Below, one piece after another: positions 53,613 to 64,000 of a stretch of DNA of 64,000 nucleotides. Numbering within the stretch: position 1 is the stretch's first letter; each line of letters starts with the position of its first letter. A program made the position numbers and the translations under genes. The notes below the pieces were generated by a model that saw nothing but the letters and a program-made list of their open reading frames with translations, was not told where the DNA came from and searched no databases. Source of the DNA: Eledone cirrhosa (lineage: Eukaryota); contig OZ024762.1 in the NCBI GenBank assembly GCA_964016885.1, positions 10,106,001-10,170,000 on the forward strand. Reading direction: 5' to 3'.

Positions 53613-54375
53613 AACCCTATTAAATAAACCGATTAAACAGATCCGATACTATGGACATGTGGTTAGAATGTCTCAGGAAAGAATCTCTGGACAGATTTTA
53701 CGGGCAAAACCAACTAGCAAGAGACCCAGAGGTAGACCCCGAGCAAGATATGTTGGATAACATCCATGAACTTTGCTGGTCACACTTGGGGATCCAGTCG
53801 GATCTGTTGGAGATGGTTGCTTCTGACAGGAGCCGCTGGAAGGAGTGTTTGAGGACTCTGCCTCCCACGACCCTCTGGGAATAAGTGGTCGAAGAAGAAA
53901 GTTTACATTGGACTGGGATGTGTTGTTTTAAAATTACAGTTTAAAAACTTGCATTGATTTATGAACAACCTGACAAAAATGTTATGTTCAGATATATAAC
54001 GAAGTTTTGTTACTATAGTAAATAGTGTGGATATTTACTAGAGCCAAGCGTAACCAGCCAAGCTCATGGATAACATGCATGAGGTTGGCTGGTCACGCTT
54101 GGGGATCCAACCAGATCAGTTGGAGATCGCTGCTTGTGACAGGACCCTCTGGAAGGTGTTTGAGGACTCTGGTCCCACGACTCTCTCAGTAATAAGTGGG
54201 TGAAGAAGAAGAAGAAGTAAATTTCGTGGTGAGACATATAACGAACTTTTATCACTGTAGTAAATATTGTTATGGTCAGATGTATAACGAAGTTTTACCA
54301 TTGTAGTAAACATTGTGGTGAGATATATAACGAACTTTTGTTACTATAGTAAATATTGTTGTGGTGAGATATATA

Positions 54376-55449
54376 CAGGGTGGTCCGAAAGTCTGGTCAC
54401 ATATTGCTTTAAGTTTCATTATTTTCTGTTTTAATAATATAATATATATCATTAATTATAATATATAATGATAATTGTTTCTACTTTAGGCACAAGGCCA
54501 GCAATTACCCAGTGCATTACTGGTACTTTATTTTATCGACCCCGTAAGGATGAAAGGCAAAGTCAACCTTGGCGGGATTTGAACTCAGATCGTTAAGGGA
54601 CGTAACTATGCTGGAAAGCATGGCGTCCGACCCTCTACCGATACTGCCAATAATTGTTTCTACTTTAGGCACAAGGCCAGCAATTATCCAGTGCATTACT
54701 GGTACTTTATTTTATCGACCCCGTAAGGATGAAAGGCAAAGTTAACCTCGGCGGGATTTGAACTCAGACTGTAAAGGGACGTAACTATGCTAGAAAGCAT
54801 GGCATCCAACCCTCTACCGATACTGCCAAAAATAATTGTTTCTACGTTAGGCACAAGGCCAGCAATTACCCAGTGCATTACTGGTACTTTATTTTATCGA
54901 CCCCGTAAGGATGAAAGGCAAAGTCAACCTTGGCGGGATTTGAACTCAGATCGTTAAGGGACGTAACTATGCTGGAAAGCATGGCGTCCGACCCTCTACC
55001 GATACTGCCAATAATTGTTTCTACTTTAGGCACAATGCCAGCAATTATCCAGTGCATTACTGGTACTTTATTTTATCGACCCCGTAAGGATGAAAGGCAA
55101 AGTTAACCTCGGCGGGATTTGAACTCAGACTGTAAAGGGACGTAACTATGCTAGAAAGCATGGCGTCCAACCCTCTACCGATATTGCCAATAATACCATA
55201 TAATGATAATAATGTATAATAATAATATAATTTTCTATTTCAGAGCTCCTATAGTTTGGAAGAGAGGCTGCTTGCAAGTGTATGGACACATGATCGTATG
55301 TATTCTGGCAAGGCATGGATGATGTGGGACATTACTTCACTGCAAGATTGGCGAACCAGCTCCTCCGAAGAGGACGATACTGTGATGAGAGCATAAACTG
55401 TTTCTCATTACTTTTTGGTAGGGGCTGACAAGACTTTCGGACCACGCTA
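54376..55449. mobile_element. Tc1/mariner-superfamily deletion derivative with TA target duplication, interrupted by a SINE array
   Basis: TA|cagggtggtccgaaagtct ... agactttcggaccacgcta|TA (17/19 match); splits a local ~45-bp repeat unit; YSLEERLL remnant at ~55250. Confidence 0.7.
54471..55190 (-). repeat. Head-to-tail array of 4 MetaSINE-like copies (ABAB, ~360-bp dimer)
   Basis: Copies 1/3 share agatcgttaaggg and copies 2/4 share agactgtaaaggg. Confidence 0.9.
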
Positions 55450-55905
55450 TACAACGAACATTTGTTACTGTAGTAAATATTGTTATGGTCAAATATATAA
55501 CAGGTTTCTGAGTTAATTAATATTGTGATATGACAAATAATGAATTTTTGACAATGTAAATAATAATGTTATAAGGGAAATATTTCACAAATGTTCACCT
55601 ACCTTACGAAGTGTTCACACTAGGTATCCATTCTGTAAATAATACATTTCCGGTTGAGCATGCGCACGATCAGGGCCGAATTTAATGAAGGGAGGGGGGA
55701 CAAAGGGAGCAATGCCCCGGGAACCCTGCAGTGCGTGGGGTGGCTACCAGCGGCGACCATAGCATTTTATTTGGGCCCTAAGCTGGGCTTTTTAGTTTTA
55801 GGATGGTTAGAAATTTTGAATTTAATACCTGTATGTATAACTTCTCAATTCCACTTGTCACTGGGATCGATTTAATCGACTTTCCCCTCCCTCCCCTCCC
55901 CCCCA

Positions 55906-56220
55906 AATTGCTGGCCTTGTGCCTAAAGTAGAAACAATTATTAACTTTGCCTTTCATCCTTACGGGGTCGATAAAATAAAGTACCAGTAATGTACTGGGT
56001 AATTGCTGGCCTTGTGCCTAAAGTAGAAACAATTATTAACTTTGCCTTTCATCCTTACGGGGTCGATAAAATAAAGTACCAGTAATGTACTGGGTAATTG
56101 CTGGCCTTGTGCCTAAAGTAGAAACAATTATTAACTTTGCCTTTCATCCTTACGGGGTCGATAAAATAAAGTACCAGTAATGTACTGGGTAATTGCTGGC
56201 CTTGTGCCAATAGTAGAAAC
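55906..56220 (+). repeat. 95-bp tandem repeat of the SINE 3' half (~3.3 copies)
   Basis: ctggccttgt at 55911, 56006, 56101, 56196. Confidence 0.88.
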
Positions 56221-57220
56221 AGTTATTATTACTGTTACAGACGGCCCTTTATATTCTGAGTTCGAATCCCACCGAGGTTAGCTTTGCCTTTCATCCCTAC
56301 GGGGTCGATAAAATAAAGTATTGATCATGCGCCTCTAGGCTGGTGAATTTGAGGAGGGGAAGGGTGCCCTTCCCGGGTGCCCTCGAAGGGTCGAGTAGTT
56401 CAGGATTGGTGGGGTACCTGAATCAACCCTGGGTGGTTACCCCCCCCCCCCCTATTGGGGAATTTTCATTGTTGTATTTTTCTTGTTTATTGTTATTGTT
56501 TTCCTATTTTTTACTCGATTTTTTTGTATCCCCCCCCCACTGTCCCCGTCTTTTGTATTGTCCCCTATTTGTCGGCCCTTGTGGCCAATAAATGAATCCA
56601 TTATTATTAAAGAATTTAATAATGCTTTCTGGCAGTATCGGTAGAGGGTCGGACGCCATGCTTTTCAGCATAGAGTTACAACCCTTTACGGTCTGAGTTC
56701 AAATCCTACCGAGGTTAACGTTGCCTTTCATTCTTATGTGGTCGCTAAAATAAAGTACCAGTAATGCACTGGGGTAGATAAAATAAACTACCAGTAATGC
56801 ACTGGGGTAATTGCTGGCCTTGTGCCAAAATAGAAACAATTATGTATCTCCTTTTCTTCTTCCCCCGCTTCCTCTCCTTACTTTTGTTTTCTGGTTGTTA
56901 TTGGAGGACCTCCGTCGATTCCAGCGACGAGTGATCCAGTTGTCCAAACAACGGAACAGTCTGCTCCCAAAATTAACATGCAAGTGACAAGGCATTCCAC
57001 TAACACGTGTACCCTTAATGTAGGTATCAAGCAGATCCTTGAGACAAGGCTGCCCGTTTAAGTTTACAGGTGCAGCTCATTTTTGTCCAGTTGACTGGAC
57101 TGGAGCAACGTGAGATAAAGTGTCTTGCTCAAGAAGACATCACCAACGAGAATCGAACTCATAACCTTGCGATTGTGAACCCAACACTCTAACCACGAAA
57201 CTGCGCGTCTTTTCATACAT

Positions 57221-57531
57221 ATTACTCTTTTACCTGTTCCAGCCATCCGGCTGAGGCCATGCTGGGGCACCACACTTGCTGCTTCACTTTCTATATCTAG
57301 CCTGCGTTGGCTGGTCATTGATGCAGGCGGGAGTTCGTTGCTGCTGCCCTTAGGTTACCTTCATTCCCTGCCGTGGGCTCATCTGGGATCCTAGATAGTA
57401 GAGTGTCAACACGTTTCTTGAAAACATCCAAGTCCACAACATGTAGATCTCTCGAGTTTCTTGCCAGCTTATTAAAGAGTTGAGGGCCTTTGAACCCCAG
57501 GCTATTGTAATATCTGTTCCTTACTCTAGAT
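57221..57531 (-). mobile_element. CR1 3' fragment, diverged relative of 18904-19615
   Basis: Same 3' end (ttactcttttacctgtt.cagccatccggctgaggccatgctggggcacc) and SLGFKGPQLFN region. Confidence 0.85.
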
Positions 57532-58111
57532 CAGCGATTCCCAACGTAGGGCGCGTAGCCCACAGGGACGGGGGCATTTGAATATTTAAAGGGGTCATTT
57601 GAAAATGATGTTAATGAGAAAAAACTTCAGGTTTTACCTCATAACTCTTACACCAAAGCAACTTTGGTACACATTACTGTCAGAAACTCCTGTCTCACCT
57701 CCACACATGTTATTGTACATCTGGCACCTCCTATATGGTAGACATTACTGTCAGAAAGCCGTCTCACCTCCTTCACACATGTTATTGTGTATCTGGTAGA
57801 CAATACTGTACATCTGGCACCTCCTATATGGTAGACATTACTGTCAGAAAGCCGTCTCACCTCCTTCACACATGTTATTGTGTATCTGGTAGACAATACT
57901 GTACATCTAGCACCACCTATATGGTACACATTAGGCAGAAACTCCTGTCTCACCTCCTCCACACATGTTACTGTGTGTATCTGGCACCACCTATGTACCA
58001 ATTTGTTTATACTTTACAGTTGATCATTGTCGTTTTTTATATCAAAGTGGAGCATAAAAATGTTTCAGATGTTAAGGAGGGACACGGGGCAAAAAAGGTT
58101 GGCAACCACTG
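57532..58111. mobile_element. Non-autonomous hAT (Charlie/Buster-type) element with internal ~110-bp tandem repeats
   Basis: Perfect 8-bp TSD CTCTAGAT (57524-57531, 58112-58119); TIRs cagcgattcccaac / gttggcaaccactg. Confidence 0.85.
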
Positions 58112-58283
58112 CTCTAGATGTATGTGTTTTTCCAACTTCCTTTTTCTCCTAACTTTACTCTGATCCGATGAAGGGCTAGGGTCCGATACGTTGAAACATT
58201 CCAAGTGTAAAACAAATAAGACAGTAATTGTGTCTCTGTGTATGTATTTTTAAACTACGAGTGTGCGTGATATATATATATCA

Positions 58284-58333
<50 letters not shown>

Positions 58334-58457
58334 ATGTATATATATATATATATATATACATACACACACATATCTATATATATACACACACATATCTATA
58401 TATATATATACATACACACACATATCTATATATATACACACACATATCTATATATAT

Positions 58458-58492
<35 letters not shown>

Positions 58493-58493
58493 C

Positions 58494-58524
<31 letters not shown>

Positions 58525-58988
58525 CATATATATATATATACACTCACATCTATATATATATATACACATACACATACATATATATACATACATACACATA
58601 CGTGGGGTTACGAGGATTGTTTTTGTTAATTCGAATTAGTGGTGAACAGCGGAATCTCTGTTGCTATGGCGAGTCGTTACTAGGTAACGTAACAGTGCCA
58701 TTGTTATCGCGTTACACTCCCTGGATATATATATATATATATATATCGACACAACAGATATACAAAAATATTATTAGTTTCACGCTTTATATGGAAAAGG
58801 GCGAAGAAAGTTCGACGTTTCGGTCTTTATCCTTTCTTCGGGAGTACAAAAAAAAAGAGAGACAGGATCACAAAGGATAGATACAGAAATTATTGAGTGT
58901 AGACAAGACAAACCGTTCGGTAGGTAGTGTTGGTCACGATTTTGGAACGTATATACATTTTATTTGTATATATACATATATATATATA

Positions 58989-59600
58989 TCAGGGTTTCAG
59001 GTGTTATATCAGAATTTTCCTTCTCCTAGAATTCTGCCTTGACAAAGGCTAAGGGGTCATCTGTCCCGGTGATTTTGGATGGCCATTGACTCTTAAGAGC
59101 TCCTTTGTCCTTAGACAGGTTTTGTTTTTAGTCCTGCAGGATGTCCAAAGTCACCCTCCTCACCAAGAAACCTTGGTGGGGTTGCCAGTTTAGTGGCCAA
59201 CGACCCGACCATGAGACAGGTTGTACTGGGATACATGTTACCAGTAGCACCAACTGGTGACCTGATACCTGATGGTATCCAATGATGTTGACTTGTTCTT
59301 CTTTTTGGTAAATATCATCTTGGTTAAGAGAGTGGGACTGGCTTTGTGCAGTGCCTTTGCTCACTATAAAAGCTTCACGGCACAGGCATTGCTTTATATC
59401 TGGAGATCTCTCTGCACTTGTCGTCACATGGTACCATGGACCCAGCACTATGTCAATAATTGTCACAAGTGTAGTATTTGTACTAGAGTTTTCAAGTAGC
59501 TGGCTGGACTAAAAAGTCACACTCGTTCAGCGCATCGGTAGGGGTTCTCCTACATGGATATAAAGTAGTGGCCGTACTCGAAAACGAATTGGCAGCCACC
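58989..59600. mobile_element. Family R retroelement with inverted 5' half
   Basis: 58989-59265 is the reverse complement of the 5' ~275 nt; 59268-59600 is the forward 3' part. Confidence 0.85.
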
Positions 59601-60092
59601 ATATATATATATATATATATACGTCTAGTTCGCTCATCAGATAGAGGGGTTATATACATATATACAAATAAAATCCTACAAACAACGTATAAAGAGAGAA
59701 ACAAGAAAACAGATGAAAAATTAGTCATTACCAGAACCCAGTTTGTGAGTTCACGGTCTTTTATTAGAAAAAAAAAAAAAATGTGAAGAATAATTAAAAA
59801 ATGGTCAACTGAACAAAAAAAATATATGTGAAAACAAATATATTGTGAATTCTCCATGGACTTTCAATCAAAAACAAAAACAAAAAAAACCCCACAGTGT
59901 GTATATGCCGCGAAGATCTGCGTGGTTTTTAGGTCCATGTACATCTGTCTTCTAGAATGGATGCATGGATGTCATTCATTCATTGCCGGTAATACACAAT
60001 AACACTGAGCAAAGCAACTGCTTCTGAATTGTGGGACAAGCCCTTGACGAATTATGTTCTGCTAAAAAATTGTCAATGTATGCGTGTGTATG

Positions 60093-60140
<48 letters not shown>

Positions 60141-60193
60141 GTAATAATAAATGTGAAGACTAAAATCCGAAGTTCTTTTAAGCTGTTCTTATA

Positions 60194-60228
<35 letters not shown>

Positions 60229-61170
60229 GTTATATATATATATATAACTATTAAGCTCTGTTACCTACATAGAGCACTCTTTTTTCCTGGACTTCTCCGA
60301 CGGAATTACTTCCTTTATATATATATATATATGAAAAATTCGGGATCCCGACGGGTGAGGTCCGGCCGTTTTCAACAGCTAGACTTGGATCTAGCTGTTG
60401 AAAACGGTCGGAGCTCACCCGTCGGGATTCCGAATTTTTCATATTACCAACTCTACTACCCTAAGTATCGACTACTTTGGTGAGTAATGGTCTAACTGGT
60501 TTTTACCGCCTCCATTCTGATATATATAATATATATATATTATATATATATATAATATATATATATATTATCAGTTGGAGTGACAGAATTCTTTGAGTCC
60601 AGCTATAATTAGTTATGCAATTCACCGTATATAAACATTTACATAATACCACAGCTGCGAACAAGTTTGTTACAGAAACGGTTGTTATGTAATTAACGGA
60701 TGTTACACCAAAGTCTTCACTGCTTACTTATATATAATATAATAAATGTTTCTAGTGATCTTAGTAGTCCAAACGAGAGGAAGAACTCAATATTAATTAG
60801 GTAAATATATATTTTTCATTTCCTTACAACATAGCTACGCCTTTTCAGCAAAGCGTGTGGTCGTTAATAATCTTTAGAAAATTCTCTAAGAGGTTTAGCG
60901 AAACGCTCACTCATTCTGTCTGTATGAAGTTCCCAAACCCCAATTTGATGTTACCTTATGGTCTCACCAGTAAATAGAATTGCAAAGCGTTACACAAGAG
61001 GATAACAAACGAGATGTGCTGAAAGGTTTTGTGTAAAACTAACTACTACATAACTTCCATGTTCGACTTCTTAACCTATAAAGTAGTTGATCCTTTCCTC
61101 TCATGATAACCAAGCATCTTAGTTAGCCATTGGCGGTTTATCTCATTCGTTTGAGGGACGAAAAATCATC

Positions 61171-61207
<37 letters not shown>

Positions 61208-61740
61208 TCGTTTTTAAAATTTTTGTGTATAAACATATAGCACACACATTTATATTTTTTATGTTTACTATCTAAACATAAATTGATTGCACTTTGTTTT
61301 TTCTATCAACTGAATCACTTCAAAAAGCATGAAGTTCGTTTTAGAATCGCCATAGCTTCAAACATGATGAAAAGACGACAACAGCGATGCTGGCTTTGAA
61401 AAATAAATAGAAGCAACGGATCAACGTTTGTCATAAAGCTAAGAACCATTAGACAATTTGCTTTACTTGGGTGTTGTTGAGTGTATGTCGGACTTGAATG
61501 AATTTGTCCATGAAAATATGCTTCCAACTTTATACAACCTTTCGTCATACATACATACATACATATTTATTACATTAAACTCAATAAACCTTTCTTGTCA
61601 CATATTTCCATCCTCTGCTCATTATGAAAAAAAACCTCTTTCTATCACACACACACCCTTATGTCGTCTGCTTGTTCGAAAACAAAACATAAAACACATT
61701 TCTTCATTATCTGTTCGTTTATGGGCATAAAGCACATATG

Positions 61741-61782
<42 letters not shown>

Positions 61783-62228
61783 GACTATATACATACATAT
61801 ATCACAATTTCTATCATTTTTTATTTATTTACGAACACACCAGCCCGTCATTTACACACAAGCTCACATTCAAAGCATATTTTTTTTTTAAATAGAAAAA
61901 TTTATGATCAAACACACACACAAAAAAAAAACTCACACATACACAACACACACAAATAACTTCACATCTACAAACACAATCACAAAGTCACGTACACACA
62001 CATTTACACGGTGTAGAATGGAGAGTGGGGCTGGCGGGGAGAGGGTAATAATGTGTAGTTGAAGGGTGGAGGGGTTAGAAGAGGGTAAGATACGCCGTGT
62101 AAATAGCGTGTAAGTTCGTCAGCGTTAGTACAAGAAGGCATAGAATGTGAGTGAGTGAGAAGGAGGGACGGGGGGTATGAGAAAAAACAAAGAAAAAAAA
62201 ACAAACGAAAAATATAAAATTAAAACAA

Positions 62229-62276
<48 letters not shown>

Positions 62277-62537
62277 CACTATTTGCACGTACAAATCGAA
62301 AGTCAATATAATGGCAGACGACATTGCACGCGGTCGTTCGTGACGTCACACCGACTCCAATCCCGGCGTTATGTTGTCATATATAGCAATCTAAGTCACA
62401 TGAATGCCTGTATCATATTTGCTTATTTGGTTTATTTTCTTTTACTATTATACATTATATAGCTATGTATGCAGCTATCTATCTATCTATCTCTATATAT
62501 ATATACCTACAGCTATGTATGTAGCTATCTATCTATC

Positions 62538-63000
62538 GAGCTGAGGTTGTATGGTGGACGAGGTTAAAAGGGCTGAGGTCAGACACCTTTCTCTCCGGCC
62601 AACAACTGATTCTTTTCTTTCAAATACCACTTTGGAAGAAGAATCAGTATGGAGAGAGAGAGGTGCTGTACCCCAGCAAGTTTTATGAAAGGTGTGTGAA
62701 AGTGGCGAGAATGGCCCGAGTGAATGGGCCTTCTCTCTATATCAGCCTGTAGGTTGAGGAAAAAGAGGAAGAGAGGAAAGGGGTACTCACTCTTCGTACT
62801 CCTGGAGATGAGGGTTGCACATTTTTTTCGGGGGTATGTGTTACCCATATGTAATGTCTCCCCCTATTGGGGGAAAATCGAGAAATTTTTAAATTGCATT
62901 TGTGATAACATTTTACACGTTTTTATTGTATGTAAACTACCCCCTTTTTATTTGTGCCCCTTCTTTTGTGCCCCTGTGGCTAATAAAGAAACATATCTAT
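62538..63000 (+). mobile_element. L1/Tx1-like LINE 3' fragment ending AATAAA plus ATCT tail
   Basis: VVWWTRLKGLRSDTFLSGQQLILFF/KYHFGRRISMEREVLYPSKFYERC (one frameshift) resembles L1/Tx1 ORF2 C-termini; tatctatcgagctgagg occurs at both ends. Confidence 0.55.
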
Positions 63001-63398
63001 CGAGCTGAGGGTCCGCATAAGGGGAAACACTATTGTTCTCGGTATGGTGAACTAACTGTTGTGGAACTACTACTTATATATATATATAAGTAATTAAAGA
63101 CTATCTCTCACTATTTAGGGTTTGTGTATATATAATATATTACCATCAAAGGTTTTATTGCATACATAACCATAAATAGTACCCTTAATACTATATATAT
63201 ATATATATATATATGTAGGTAACACGGTAAAAAAAAACCAGTTCCACACTGTAAATGTGGTTGGCGTTAGGAAGGGCATCCAGCTGTAGAAAACCCGCCA
63301 GAGAGTCCTATGCGAGCAAGACAACCACTCTTGCCTCAAGTGGGAAAACTCCCGTCCAAACCCATGCAAGCGTGGAATATGGACGTTAAACGTTAAAC

Positions 63399-63429
<31 letters not shown>

Positions 63430-63553
63430 TAGCTATCTATCTATCTATACATACATGTATCAAAGGTATATATTGAGTTAGAAACTCAGAATAGTCCCTT
63501 ACAATTAAAATAGCTCAAGGTCCTTTATGATCTAAACTGTATTTATCTCTCTT

Positions 63554-63599
<46 letters not shown>

Positions 63600-64000
63600 A
63601 CTTACGTTATTTTCACAATGAAATTGCTTTTAGGGGCTGGGTCGATTTGATTATATCGATCCCGGTAAATTACACACTAATAATAATAATTTCTGATATA
63701 GGTACATGGCCAACAATTTTTGGCTTTTATGGGTGGGCTGGGGGGAAAAGTCGATTAAATCGACCCCAGTGCATTGCTGGTACTTTATCTTCTCGACTTC
63801 GTAAGGATGAAAGGCAAAGCTAACCTCGACAGGATTTGAACTCAGAACGCAAAAGGCCACAAATCATGGTGCCAGACGCTCTACCGATTCTGTCAATCTA
63901 CCATGCTAGCAATTTCTAATATAGAAAAGGGGCTGGAATATGATTACATAATGCCGACATCCTCACATAGCTGGTATTTCATTATATTATATTTAATTAT

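Larger units (their letters stand above)
51780..54217 (+). mobile_element. Cluster of RTE LINE 3' fragments with (GAA)n tails
   Basis: ERIAGQILWAKPAGRRARGRPRVRWLDNI; YYGHVVRMSQERISGQIL; three 3' ends aataagtggNNgaagaag at ~53128, ~53880, ~54191. Confidence 0.85.

Noticed and set aside
53082-53760. Poly-E/K/R ORFs
   Set aside because: Expanded (GAA)n tail of an RTE LINE.
60800-61700. Possible piggyBac transposase remnant or host exon on minus
   Set aside because: Only vague similarity across frameshifts, with no TIR/TTAA or splice-supported frame found; would need tblastn.

Overview
Eukaryotic, microsatellite-rich genomic DNA. The repeat content looks octopus/cephalopod-like, which is my inference. 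There are two divergent protein-coding genes at the left end. The first is a minus-strand first coding exon (648 to <1, open to the window edge and absent from the ORF track) that resembles the TBC1D30 N-terminus. The second is a complete 9-exon COMMD7 gene (6750-16367, +, 205 aa) whose first intron is GC-AG. The other ~47 kb has no convincing host gene. It is a mosaic of tRNA-derived SINEs, RTE/CR1/Tx1-like LINE fragments, Helitron, hAT and Tc1/mariner remnants, minisatellites grown out of those elements, and long (TA)n/(CA)n/(TACA)n tracts. The most striking signal is a dense population of short elements from several unrelated sequence families embedded in (TA)n tracts. They carry minimal type-I hammerhead ribozyme motifs of the Penelope-like-element kind. 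Many are near-perfect 85-370 bp fold-back palindromes; some have a ribozyme on each strand and some invert at the ribozyme stem II. All calls were made by eye with no database search.
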